From the human T2T-CHM13v2.0 reference genome, Homo sapiens: a stretch of 64,000 nt of DNA. Shown one piece after another: positions 20,131 through 36,656 of this stretch (position 1 is its first letter; the number at the start of each line of letters is the position of its first letter). Made by a program: the position numbers and the translations under genes. The stretch is from assembly GCF_009914755.1 (NCBI RefSeq), contig NC_060948.1; one strand, 5' to 3'. The notes under the pieces are model-generated. The model was not told the origin of the DNA and searched no databases. It saw only the letters and a program-made list of their open reading frames with translations.

Positions 20131-20849
20131 TCAGGGACTGTGTGATGAAGACAGCTTTTCCCCAGCCAGGCTGGGTTAACGAGGCAGGAAGCGTTCGGTG
20201 ACATCATGACACTGCTGTGCTGCCAGATAGAAAAGGAGAGATTTTCTGTCTCTGAAAACTCAAGGCAAAATAAATTGACCTCTGAGTGGAAATCTTTGCC
20301 ACGGCTTCTCAGCCCACATTTTCAACCAGGAGAATTGTTTCTTAATTAAAAGAAAAAAAAAAATACTCCAGCAAAGGAAAATAAGGGCTTCCATCTCAAG
20401 CCACAAATACTGCAGTAAGGGAAGATAAGGGCTTCCATCTCAATCCACCAACCTGTGTGCGGTTGGTCCCCACTGACTGGGGGGACCCCGTCTTGGTCCT
20501 CACTGCCTGGGGACCAGTGACCCCGTCTTCAGGCACCGATGTTGTCTTTGATCTGGGACTCTGCACCTTCACCCTGACACGACCCAGGGGTGCAAGGCAG
20601 ACAGCAGCCGGCTGGCGGGTTGACGTGTAGGGTGGCGGGGAGCAGGGAGAGGTGGGCTCCGCAGAGAGCTGCTACCTGAACCCGTTCCCTGACATCATTT
20701 TGTTACACCCCTCCGAGACGCGGAGGGGGGTGCCTGGGCCTCCCTGTCAGGGCTCCATACCAGACCCTGTGTCTGCAAATGGCAGCTTGTCAGCCTCATC
20801 AGGCAAGAGCGAGTCTAGCAGACGTTGCTTTTTTTTTTTTTTTTTTTCC

Positions 20850-21300
20850 AATCCTGCCCCAGAGTCAATTAAAATACAGTAAGGCTGACATTTGCAGAAT
20901 ACAGAATGATCAAAGCCAAAAATGCCCATACAGCTTCTGACATAAAAACAGTGTGTTTGGCGGAAGACAGACACAGTGTAACAGGTCAGGTAATTATGAG
21001 AAAATCTATGATATATCTGTTGCAGTTGGTTAGTTTGTACACACGATCACAGCCATCAAACAAAAGAGCGGGCTCTCTTCTCCTGACGGCTGCGAGAGCC
21101 GCTGACACCGTCTCGTGACGCTGATACAGATGGCTTCTGCAGACAGACTGAATTAATTTGACAGTAAATAGGGGGTAGCGGTTACTGCCTTCTTTAAATA
21201 TCTATTTTTTAATTGCACCTGAGCAGGTTTTATTTTTGCCCTTCTGGGGATTTGCTGGCGAAGCATTTGGTGGTCTTATTAGCCATGCACTCTCCTCCCA
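20850..21300. promoter_or_regulatory. Candidate developmental enhancer / conserved non-coding element
   Basis: Repeat-free; GATCAAAG (TCF/LEF), CATAAAA (posterior HOX/CDX), TAATTA, TGACAG (MEIS) and CAGATG E-box. Confidence 0.45.
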
Positions 21301-21549
21301 TTTCACGTTACAGCCCTGGGCACAGGTGTGTCCATGCACACACACACATACTGTCACACACACACACACACACGCATGCATGCATACAGCAAAGTTGTTT
21401 TTTGTTGTTTGTTTGTTTTTCTGCTGTGTGTAAATACAGCACGTGTACAAACACACTTTCTGCTGTTTTATCGTTTGCATGCTAATTGCTTGAAAGTAAT
21501 GCATTTTCTCCCCTCTCTTCCCAGCTCCCTCCTCCCAGAATCCATCCCC

Positions 21550-21930
21550 AACACCCAAAGCTGAACAGATGTGTTCATTATGGTGATTAAGGAATTCTCC
21601 CATCTTGTTGCCTCGATGTGTTTATTAAATTAATGAGGGATGAGACAGATGAATCTGTGCGCTCAGGGTACAACCAGGCAAAAGCCACGGGTGTATTTCA
21701 CGGGGCTGGGTACTCTCTGCCATGCTCACATCGTAATTGGCTTAATGGGTTTTCCGTGATGCGGAATGTCTCTTTCCTCCTCTCTCAGGCAAACTAATTA
21801 CAGCTTTTTACATTAAATTCTAATAGATTTCAATTTATCTCTTCTAAATTATCACAATAATTACAGTAATAAATTAAGCACGTTGACACCATTCATGAAC
21901 ACACTTTGGGTCTGGCGTTACAGCAGCGTG
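21550..21930. promoter_or_regulatory. Candidate homeodomain-motif-dense enhancer
   Basis: Many TAAT/ATTA cores (TAAATTAATG, GTAATTGGCTTAATG, CTAATTAC, ATAATTAC, TAATAAATTAA) in unique sequence. Confidence 0.45.
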
Positions 21931-22139
21931 GTGTTGCAGAGGCTGACTAAATAGACGTGCTGGCTGAGGATGATGGGGGCGGCGCTGGGAGAGAGTGTGT
22001 GTCTGTGTGTGTGCGAGCAGATTTGTGATGTTTTTCTGAAAGTCTGCAGAGAGTTCTCCCAAAAGAGAGTTGCATTAAAGGGTACGAATATTTAGAGAGA
22101 ATCATTGTGTCTTCTCTCAAGTTCCCTGGTTGGTTGGTT

Positions 22140-22657
<518 letters not shown>

Positions 22658-23144
22658 GTGTGTTCATGTCTCACCAGCACAAATATGTAATCAACCGTGT
22701 CCCCTTTGCAGAGTAAGGTGGCCATGAGGTTTCAGGTATATTATCGGATCCTTCTATTCCATTTTAATGACCTCCCATTATTTCTGCAGAGAAGGTGAAA
22801 GTTCCCCTTCAACATCCTTCATCACAGCCATCGCCCCCCAACTCCACTCGCCACTGCCACCCAGACGTCAAATCCTAGAGAGACTTCAGATGGCCGGGGG
22901 AGGCCTTCCTGGCTTTCTTTGTCACTCCACGCCGAATCCGAGTGTCACACGTGGCCCACCTGTGAAGTTCCTGGCCGGTGCTGATATAAATGGTAACAGG
23001 GCCGATGGCCTGCGATTGTCAGAGATTGATTTAGACAGGTGACTTCTTCTGCTTTGTAAGGTAATGAGACCGAACTTTCAGACTAACTTTCCAAACTCTG
23101 GAGGTGACGGCTTCAGTGCAGTCAGTTGACGTAAAAGTTTATCG

Positions 23145-23640
23145 GCAGGCAGCGGTGGCTCACGCCTGGAATCCCACAACTTTAGTAGAGACAGGGTTTC
23201 ACCGTGTTGGCCAGGCTGGTCTCAAACGCCTGACCTAACGTGATCCACCTGTCTTGGCCTCCCAGAGTGCTGGAATTACGACCGTGAGCCACCACGCCTG
23301 GCCCAACAAAACTTATTTAATTTTTATTTTATTTGTTTATTTTTTGAGACAGAGTCCCACTCTGTCGCCTAGGCTGGAGTACAGTGGCGCAATCTCGGCT
23401 CACTGCAACCTCCGCTCCTGGGTTCAAGCGATTCTCCTGCCTCAGCCTCCCGAGTAGCTGGGACTACACGTGCCTGCCACCACACCTAGCTCATTTTTGT
23501 ATTTTAGTAGAGACAGGGTTTCACCATGTTGGCCAGGCTGGTCTCAAACGCCTGACCTAACGTGATCCACCTGCCTTGGCCTCCCAGAGTGCTGGGATTA
23601 CAAACGTGAGCCACCACGCCTGGCCCAACAAAACTTATTT
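23145..23640 (-). mobile_element. Short plus-strand Alu head fused to a duplicated minus-strand left arm, followed by a full minus-strand Alu
   Basis: ~23181-23320 is nearly identical to ~23504-23640, including flank AACAAAACTTATTT. Confidence 0.85.
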
Positions 23641-23778
23641 TAAATTAAGTTTCCAGTTAAACTTATTGGAACACAGGCATGTGGTAAAATCTAAAATTTA
23701 ATTTAAAATTCAAAAGCATTCCAATTAAAGTGAAATTAAATGCAACTAAATTGAAAATAAAATTAAAATGTATAATGT

Positions 23779-23990
23779 AGGGCACAGTGGCTCATGCCTG
23801 TAATCCCAGCACTTTGGGAGGCCGAGGCGGGTGGATCATCTGAGGTCAGGAGTTAAAGACCAGCCTGGCCAACATGGTGAAACCCCGTCTCTAATAAAAA
23901 TACAAAACTTAGCTATGCATGGTGGCAGTCACCTGTAGTTTCAGCTACTTGGGAGGCTGAGGTGGGAGAATCACTTGAACCCAGGAGGGG
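23779..23990 (+). mobile_element. 3'-truncated AluS
   Basis: Alu match stops at GAACCCAGGAGG where the VNTR starts. Confidence 0.88.
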
Positions 23991-24625
23991 GAAACGTGGG
24001 TGTGATGGCTGGAGCCCCAGCAGCTGTTTCTGACTCTGAGGTGTTGCTGGAATAGACATAGGGGAAGCTTGACATTCTGCACCCATTTCTGCTTCTTGCT
24101 GGGAGAAAGGTGGGTGTGAGGGCGGGAGCCCCAGCATCCACGTTGGACTCTGAGGCAGTGCTGGAATTGACATAGGGGAAGCTTGCCATTCTTCACCCAT
24201 TTCTGCTTCTTGCTGGGGGAAAGGTAGGTGTGAGGGCTGGAGTCTCAGCAGCCACCTTGGACTCTGAGGTGATGCTGGAATGAATATATGGGGAAGTTTG
24301 CCATTCTTCACCCATTTCTGCTTCTCTTTGGGGGAAAGGTGGGTGTGAGGGCTGGAGCCATAGCAGCTGTTTTGGACTCTGAGGTGATGCTGGAATGAAC
24401 ACATCAGAGAGCTTGCCATTCTTCAGCCATTCCTGCTTCTTGCTGGAGGAAAGGTGGGTGAGAGGGCTGGAGTCTCAGCAGCCACCTTGGACTGTGAGGT
24501 GATGCTGGAATGGACATAGGGGAAGCTTGACATTCTTCAGCCATTTCTGCTTCTTGCTGGTGGAAAAGTGGGTGTGAGGGCTGGAGCCCCAGCAGCTGTT
24601 TTGGACTCTGAGGTGACACTGGAAG
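23990..24625. repeat. 114-115-bp tandem repeat, ~5.5 copies
   Basis: GACT(C/G)TGAGG at 24032, 24146, 24260, 24375, 24490 and 24604. Confidence 0.95.
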
Positions 24626-24699
24626 TGAAAATCTCATATGCAGAATCCTGGGTCCTGGGAGGAGCACACAGTCCTGGGGTGGCTTCTGCAAGTCCTCCT

Positions 24700-25890
<1,191 letters not shown>

Positions 25891-26514
25891 TTAGAAAGGA
25901 TCTTTAAAAAGGCAGAACAGAAAGACAGAGAGGAGTGACGCTTTAACATTCATGCAAGATGGTTAGAAATCCAAAGGGGAGTGAAAAATCAGGATCGAGA
26001 CAGGTGGCTCACACCCATGGAATCTGCAGCCACCCCCAAAAAAACCCACATGGGCTGTGCCCTTTGGAAGCTCCAGGAGCAAGCAGCCCCCACGCCGGCT
26101 TCCTCATCCATCTGTGGCATTGGTTGTTGGGCATTTGAAATTGCAAGGTGTCTGCCTGCATTCCATAACGTGCCACAGAAACAAAAGGAGCAATCTCTCT
26201 CCCCTGATGGAAGCCAACAGCTGCTAAGAGGCCCGGAATGAGTGTGAGGAGATGATGAGCCTAGAGACCTGCTCCAGGATCAGGCAGCCGCCGAGTGGGA
26301 ATGAGCCGGTCAGCAGGCATCTGCCATCATTGCTCCCCAAAGCAGGGGTTCCCCAGGTGCCCTCAGCCCCGCCCAGCCTCAAGGGTGGCTCTGAGACCAC
26401 TGTGTGCTGGAATCAGCTGGACAGAAGGTGGCTGGCTGGAGAGGGTCATGGCTGGATGGGCACCTGGTAGCCTGTGGCCCTGGCCTGGGTTCAGGGAGGG
26501 TGTGGGCAGAGGGC

Positions 26515-27390
26515 AGGAGGAAGGTGGGGAGGAAGACACAGCAGGAGAAGGAGTAGGTGAAGGGAGCCAGGCTGGGGGAAGAAGAGGAGGAGGAGGAGAT
26601 GGAGGAGGAGGAGATGGAGATGGAGAAGTTAGAGGAGGAGGAGATGGAGAAGTTAAAGGAGGAGGAGATGGAGAAGGAGGAGATGGAAGAGGAGGACGAG
26701 ATGGAGGAGGAGGAGATTGAGGAGGAGGAGATGGAGAGGAGGAGAAAATGGAGGAGGAGGAGGAGAAGATGGAGGAGAAGGAGGAGATGGCAAAGGAGGA
26801 GATGGTGGAGATGGAGGAGGAGATAGAGGAGAAGGAGGAGATGGTAGAGATAGAGGAGGAGGAGAAGATGGAGGAGGAGCAGATGGAGGAAATGGAGAGG
26901 GAGGAGGAGATGGAGATGGAGGAGGAGGAGCTGGAGGAAGAGCAGACAGAGGAGATGGAGATGGACAAGGAGGAGAGGGAGGAGGAGGAGATGGAGGAGG
27001 TGGAGTAGATGGAAGAGGAGGAGGAAGAGATGCAGGAGATAGAGGAGGAGGAGGAGGAGCTGGAGGAAGAGCAGATGGAGAAAGAGGAGACAGAGGAGAT
27101 AGAGATGGAAGAGATGGTGGCGGAGGAGGAGGAGATGGAAGAGGAGGAGGAAGAGATGCAGGAGATAGAGGAAGAGCAGGAGGAGATGGAGGAGGAGGAG
27201 ACAAAGGAGGTAGAGATGGAGGAGATAGAGGAGGAGGAGATGGAGGAAGAGCAGAAGGAGGAAGAGGAGACAGAGGGGATAGAGATGGAGGAGATGGAGG
27301 AGGAGATGGAAGAGGAGGAGGAAGAGATGCAGGAGATAGAGGAGGAGGAGGAGGAGATGGAGGAAGAGGAGATGGAGGAGAGTGGGGAGA
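26515..27390. repeat. Purine-rich (GAG/GGA)n-(GAGATG) low-complexity tract
   Basis: Direct reading; gives poly-Glu, poly-Gly and poly-Leu ORFs. Confidence 0.95.
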
Positions 27391-27985
27391 TTTTCCTGCT
27401 CGAAACAGTGCTCAGCTTTGGGTATGGTGATCAGCACCACGTGTTACTTTGTTTGACAAACATGCTTCAAAAAAAAAAAAAGACACAGGAACGTGATTTC
27501 CACACAATATTTTAAAATACCACTGTCAGGAATTAATCACATGCAAACAGATATTGTTTTCTGGACTTAAACAACTTTGAAAATGTCACATAATGTTGCT
27601 TTTCTGTATGGTTTTTTATTCCTTTTAAGTTTTATTCCAATGAGGTTTTAAGAGAGGTAAGTTGCATAAATATCATATCAAGGTATTATAAGTAACTACA
27701 TTTAAAATGACAAATCTGTGATCAGAAATGTGAAGTTTGATCCAGATGAACAGGGACTCTCAAAGGGCACGAAACAACCACTCGTGAGGATCTGATTCAA
27801 ATGCAAAATTGACCCCTGCAATTGAAACCACAGTTATAATAAAAAGATATCCTAAACCAATTGAAACCAAAATTTCCAAAAATATACTTTTTAAAAAGAT
27901 CAGAAATGAAAAAGTGTGAGTAAAATAAAGCAACTCAGCTAATCTCCTTTGAAAGTGAATTTGGTATGAGATTTGAAGTATGATT

Positions 27986-29830
27986 TGTGGTCTGTGATGC
28001 TCAACTGGTGTGGATGGAGCTGATCTATGGTCTGTGATCCTCACCTGGTGTGGATGGAGCTGATCTATGGTCTGTGATGCTCCCCTGGTGTGGATGGAGC
28101 TGATCTATGGTCTGTGATGCTCCCCTGGTGTGGATGCAGCTCATCCATGGTCTGTGAGGCTCACCTGGGGTGGATGGAGCTAATCTATGGTCTGTGATAG
28201 TCACCTAGTGTGAATGGGGAAGGGCCATGGTCTGTGATGCTCCCCTGCTGTGCATGGAGCTGATCTATGGTCTGTGATGCTCACCTGGTGTGGATGGAGC
28301 TGATCTATGGTCTGTGATGCTCACCTGGTGTGGATGCAGCTCATCCATGGTCTGTGAGGCTCACCTGGGGTGGATGGAGCTAATCTATGGTCTGTGATAG
28401 TCACCTAGTGTGAATGGGGAAGGGCCATGGTCTGTGATGCTCCCCTGCTGTGCATGGAGCTGATCTATGGTCTGTGATGCTCACCTGGTGTGGATGGAGC
28501 TGATCTATGGTCTGCGATACTCCCCTGGTGTGGATGGAGCTGATCTATGGTCTGTGATGCTCCCCGGGTGTGGATGGGGCTGATCTATGGTCTGTGATGC
28601 TCACTTGGTGTGGATGGAGCTGATCTATGGTCTGCGATACTCACTTGCTGTGGATGGAGCTGATCTATGGTCTGTGATACTCATCTGGTGTGGATGCAGC
28701 TCATCCATGGTCTGTGAGGCTCACCTGGTGTGGGTGGAGCTAATCTATGGTCTGTGATACTCACCTAGTGTGAATGGGGAAGGGCCATGGTCTGTGATGC
28801 TCCCCTGCTGTGCATGGAGCTAATCCATGGTCTGTGATGCTCACCTGGTGTGGATGGGGCTGATCTATGGTCTGCGATACTCCCCTGGTGTGGATGGAGC
28901 TGATCTATGGTCTGTGATGCTCCCCGGGTGTGGATGGGGCTGATCTATGGTCTGTGATGCTCACCTGGTGAGGATGCAGGTCATCCATGGTCTGTGATGC
29001 TCACCTGGTGTGGGTGGAGCTAATCTATGGTCTGTGATACTCACCTAGTGTGAATGGGGAAGGGCCATGGTCTGTGATGCTCCCCTGCTGTGCATGGAGC
29101 TAATCCATGGTCTGTGATGCTCACCTGGTGTGGGTGGAGCTGACCTATGCTCTGTGATGCTCACCTGGTGTGGATGGGGCTGATCTATGGTCTGTGATAC
29201 TCATCTGGTGTGGGTGGAGCTGATCTATGGTCTGTGATACTCACCTGGTGAGGATGCAGGTCATCCATGGTCTGTGATGCTCACCTGGTGTGGGTGGAGC
29301 TAATCTATGGTCTGTGATACTCACCTAGTGTGAATGGGGAAGGGCCATGGTCTGTAATGCTCACCTGGTATAGATGGAGCTGATCTGTAGTCTGTGATGC
29401 TCAACTGGTGTGGATGGAGCTGATCTATGGTCTGTGATACTCATCTGGTGTGAATGGGGAAGGGCCATGGTCTTTGATGCTCCCCTGGTGTGGATGGAGC
29501 TAATCTATGGTCTGTGATACTCACCTGGTGTGGATGGAGCTGATCTGTAGTCTGTGATGCTCAACTGGTGTGGATGGAGCTGATCCATGGTCTGTGATGC
29601 TCAACTGGTGTGGATGGAGCTGATCTATGGTCTGTGATGCTCACCTGGTGTGAATGGGGGAGGGCCATGGTCTGTGATGCTCACTTGGTGTGGATGTAGC
29701 TGATCTTTGGTCTGTGATGCTCCCCTGGTGTGGATGGAGCTGACACATGGTCTGTGATGCTCCCCTGCTGTGTATGTAGCTCACCCACGGTCTGTGATGC
29801 TCATGTGGGTCAGGTGTGGGTATCATATGG
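27986..29830. repeat. 40-bp minisatellite (TGATCTATGGTCTGTGATGCTCACCTGGTGTGGATGGAGC), ~46 copies
   Basis: Exact 40-bp phase maintained throughout. Confidence 0.97.
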
Positions 29831-30578
29831 CCTATAGTCTGAAGCTCACCTGGACCAGCTCTCGCTGCTGCTGAAACAGGGACTCACAGGCATGTCTCCC
29901 ACGGAACTGTGCCTGGGTTATTTAAGGACTGTGACCACTGACCCATGGAGCTGAGAGCACTTAACTGGTGTGGAGAAAGTGGGTTTTATACATGCATGCT
30001 GTGAAAATATTTTTATATCAGAATTAGGAACTAAATGTTATAATTAAACACATCTCTCCAATTAAGTTCTTGAGCCAGCTAATTGCATGAGTCCACATAA
30101 ACTTGCTTTAAAAAATAACAGTAGCCCATTTCACCTTATAGAAACTAAATTACCTCTTTAGCCACTAAGCATATACACAGATTATACCCATTAGCTTTTT
30201 ATTTTTCTATCTTTACATAATGGAAATGCCTGAAAAATTGAGGGTGAAAAAAACCTCAAGGCTTGAGGTCTGGCTTGAAATTAAGTGTGTTCTGCTCATT
30301 GTCACCAATTTTGTCTTAAATTACAAGGTGCGATTTCACATAAACATGAGTGTTAGTGTCAAATTCCCCTTGTGGTCTCATCGGTATCTGCTATGTCTGC
30401 ACAGCCCACAAACACAGGGCCAGGCTGGGCTCAGCATGAAATCGTGACTCTCCTATTTCTTCCTGTGTGTGAACCTGGCAAACTTTAAAAAATAGAATAA
30501 ATAAAATCGCTCTGTGCCTAAGCTTCCTCATTAGAAAAGTAAAAAGAAAGGTAAAATATTCCTCCAAACATACTTTTA

Positions 30579-30914
<336 letters not shown>

Positions 30915-30929
30915 CTAGTGGGAGTGTTA

Positions 30930-31835
<906 letters not shown>

Positions 31836-31903
31836 TTGGACAGCATAAAATGGGGCTGGAAATTCTTCTCCTGCACATAGAGATTTAAAGAATGCTTTCA
31901 GAG

Positions 31904-32403
<500 letters not shown>

Positions 32404-32837
32404 TTATCTGGGCCAACGTGAAGGGCTCTCTGAACAATGGGCCTTGACGAGAGACCCCAGAACCTGCTCACAAAAACACTCAAACAGAACCTCGGTTGTC
32501 TCTCTCTCATGTAGAAGCACTGTGTCTCGTCCGTTTGAATTTTCCTAAAATTTCACTGGTAAATATCCACAAGGAAAAGAACACAGAACTGGCTCGGCTG
32601 CTCTGCCCCAGAGGTTGGAATAAGAAAGCTCATCTCAGTAACGTGGCCGGGACGTTCCAAGCTCTCGGGCTCAGGAAACGGGTGGTGAATTGGCAGGTGC
32701 TCAAGGGTGTCACAGATTTCGTTTTCAAAGACCAATAGTTGATTGTAGAAGGGCACCTGCCCATCTGTGAGGTTAGGCCTGGGAAACAAACCTTGTCTGC
32801 TGTTTGGGTTACGGTCACTAACTCTTCAAATCCCACG

Positions 32838-33832
32838 TTGAGAGAAAGAGAGAGAGACAGAGAAAGAGAGAGAAGGAGAGAGAGAAAGAGGGAAGGAGAG
32901 AGAGAAAGAGGGAAGGAGAGAGAGAGAGACAGAAGAGAGAGGAGAGAGAGACAGAGGAGAGATAGAAGGAGAGAGAGAGACAGAGGAGACAGAAGGAGAG
33001 AGAGAGACAGGGAGAGAGAAGGAGCGAGAGAGAGACAGGGAGAGAGAGGAGAGAGAGACAGAGGAGAGATAGAAGGAGAGAGAGAGACAGAGGAGACAGA
33101 AGGAGAGAGAGAGACAGGGAGAGAGAAGGAGCGAGAGAGAGACAGAGGAGACAGAAGGAGAGAGAGAGACAGGGAGAGAGAAGGAGCGAGAGAGAGACAG
33201 GGAGAGAGAGGAGAGAGAGACAGAGGAGAGATAGAAGGAGAGAGAGAGACAGAGGAGACAGAAGGAGAGAGAGAGACAGGGAGAGAGAAGGAGCGAGAGA
33301 GAGACAGAGGAGACAGAAGGAGAGAGAGAGACAGGGAGAGAGAAGGAGCGAGAGAGAGACAGGGAGAGAGAGGAGAGAGAGACAGAGGAGAGATAGAAGG
33401 AGAGAGAGAGACAGAGGAGACAGAAGGAGAGAGAGAGACAGGGAGAGAGAAGGAGCGAGAGAGAGACAGAGGAGACAGAAGGAGAGAGAGAGACAGGGAG
33501 AGAGAAGGAGCGAGAGAGAGACAGGGAGAGAGAGGAGAGAGAGACAGAGGAGAGATAGAAGGAGAGAGAGAGACAGAGGAGACAGAAGGAGAGAGAGAGA
33601 CAGGGAGAGAGAAGGAGCGAGAGAGAGACAGAGGAGACAGAAGGAGAGAGAGAGACAGGGAGAGAGAAGGAGCGAGAGAGAGACAGGGAGAGAGAGGAGA
33701 GAGAGACAGAGGAGAGATAGAAGGAGAGAGAGAGACAGAGGAGACAGAAGGAGAGAGAGAGACAGGGAGAGAGAAGGAGCGAGAGAGAGACAGAGGAGAC
33801 AGAAGGAGAGAGAGACAGAGGAGAGAGATGGA

Positions 33833-33863
<31 letters not shown>

Positions 33864-34437
33864 AACAAGAAGGAGAGAGATAGAGACAAAGACAGAAAGA
33901 GAGAGACAGAAGAGAGAGAAGGAGACAGAGAGAGGAGAGAGAAGGAGAGAGAGGAGAGAGAGAGAACAAGAAGGAGAGAGAGACAAAGAAAGAGAGAAAG
34001 AGAGAGACAGAAGAGAGAGAAGGAGAGAGAACAAGAAGGAGAGAGATAGAGACAAAGAAAGAGAGAGAGAGAGACAGAAGAGAGAGAAGGAGAGAGAGAG
34101 AAGGAGAGAGAGAGACAGAGGAGAAAGAAGGAGAGAGATAGAGACAAAGAAAGAGAGAAAGAGAGACAGAGGAGAAAGAAGGAGAGAGATGGAGACAAAG
34201 AAAGAGAGAGACAGAGAAAGAGAGACAAAGAGAGAAACAGACAAAGACAGATAAAGAGAGAGAAAGAGACAGATAGAGACAGAAAGAGACACACAGAGAG
34301 AGATAAGGAGGGGGAGAGAGACAGAGAGAGGGAGGGAGAAAGAGAAAGAGGGAGAGAGAGAGGGAGACAGTGGAGAGAAAGAGAGAAAGAGAGACAGAGA
34401 GGGAGGGAGGGAGGGAGAGAGAGAGGGAGAGAGAGGG
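32838..34437. repeat. GA-rich composite repeat with 162-bp higher-order unit (~5 copies, ~33000-33800)
   Basis: GATAGAAGG marker at 33068, 33230, 33392, 33554 and 33716. Confidence 0.95.
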
Positions 34438-34887
34438 ATGTCAGCCACGCTCGCAGCTAGCTCTGAGTGTGGTTGTGTGTGCCTCTGTGTGTGTTCCAGC
34501 TGTTCACTCCTCCACCTCTGACTGCAAATGTGTGTGTGTGTGTGTGCCTGTGTGTGTTTCCAGTATCACTGACGGAACCTCATCCACGTGTAGGGAGCTG
34601 TGCGTTTGGTTGTGTAGGTTTTTGTGTCAGTGACGTCTCGGATTATTGGTTGGCATAATAATTAGATTAGGGACATCTGGAAGTTGGTGGCAGACAGCTG
34701 TTGATGGATCCGGTTAGGCAACACCTGTGAGGTCAGGACCTGCCTGGGAGCTCCCATTCATTTCTTCACTCATTCATTCATTCAGATGCCAACACAGCCC
34801 GACTCCACTCCAAGAGCTACCGTCAGCTGCAAAGAACCATTCCCTTCCCAGACGGACCTGTAGGACCGAAACAAATAGCCACCTTCC

Positions 34888-35130
34888 AGCCAGGCGCGGT
34901 GGCTCGCACCTGTCCTCCCAGCACTTCGGGAGACCGAGGCGGGTGGATCCCTTGAGGTCAGGAGTTCAAGACCAGCCTGGCCAACATGGTGAAACCCCGT
35001 CTCTACTAAAAATAGAAAAACTAGCCGGGCATGTGGCACGTGTCTGTAATCCCAGCACTTTGAGAGGCTGAGGGGGGTGGATCTCCTGAGGGCAGGTGTT
35101 CGAGACCAGCCTGGCCAACATGGTGAAATC
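34888..35130 (+). mobile_element. Two tandem Alu left monomers
   Basis: Left arm repeated, no right arm. Confidence 0.85.
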
Positions 35131-35248
35131 CAGGGTCTCCACAATATCTCCAGCACTAATCCTAGGAGCACTTTAGTGAGGGCCAGAATCTTGCAGCCTC
35201 CATCTACATTACTCCTAAACCATCATCTAATCTTGTGGCTAATGTTAG

Positions 35249-35938
<690 letters not shown>

Positions 35939-36199
35939 AGTGAAATGCTATGATTCTATGAGGACATTTTTTTAAGTTGAATGACCTTTGAGAAGCTGTT
36001 TTCTTAGGACCTCTTTCCAGAAAAAGTAACATCAGGACAAAGCGGTGGGCGGCTGGTTTGGGGCCCAGGGAGGGGGAAGGGCTACGGCTCAGCAGCATTC
36101 CAAGTGACTTGTTTTGAAAGAAATCCCTCCGTTTGAGAGTGTGTGCAGCACAAAACCACCGTCTTCCCTCTTGAAGAAACGCCAGGCAAATAGCAGCTT

Positions 36200-36370
36200 C
36201 GGGCTTGTGCAAATTAAGGCATCAGTAACTTTTGCTTATACAATTTGTTGAATAAATAGGGTTGAATCTATTGAATAAATGAGTCAACATAAGCTTTGAA
36301 AACAATGTCTGAAGGCATCCTGTTAAGGTCTATTTGCATAAGTGGTTAAGCTGTGAAAGGCAGTGGCGGC
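36200..36370. promoter_or_regulatory. Candidate enhancer motif cluster
   Basis: TGAGTCA 36280, CTTTGAA 36294, AACAATG 36301, ATTTGCAT 36332 and TAAGTG 36339 within 65 bp. Confidence 0.35.
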
Positions 36371-36656
36371 AGCCTCAAGTCCTAGGGAAAAAAACAAAAA
36401 AACAAAAAAAACACAAACCATAAGCAATCAGGCAGCCCAGCTGTTTTCAAATCGTGCCCCCAAAGAAGCTCCACAAAAACCTGTCGTTTGATTCATTCCG
36501 TGAAGACACCAGCTTCCGAGGAGCCCTTGCATGCTTCGTAGGTACATTATGGACTCAGGGTCTAAGCAAGAGCACCCAGGCTTACAGAGTGTGGCTGAGC
36601 TTTTTGTTTTACAGCCCAGAAAAGATGACACTGGCCCAAATGTTTGAAATAAAACA

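Noticed and set aside
26363-27515. Poly-Glu ORFs (two in one frame separated by a single TAG) and antisense poly-Leu/Pro ORFs
   Set aside because: Trinucleotide-based repeats keep phase naturally; no promoter, splice context or non-repetitive domain
27986-29830. CRISPR-like regular periodicity
   Set aside because: Units are contiguous with no unique spacers, there are no cas genes, and the DNA is primate
32630-34448. 383-554 aa Arg/Glu- and Ser/Leu-rich ORFs
   Set aside because: Translation of GA/TC low-complexity repeat lacking stop codons
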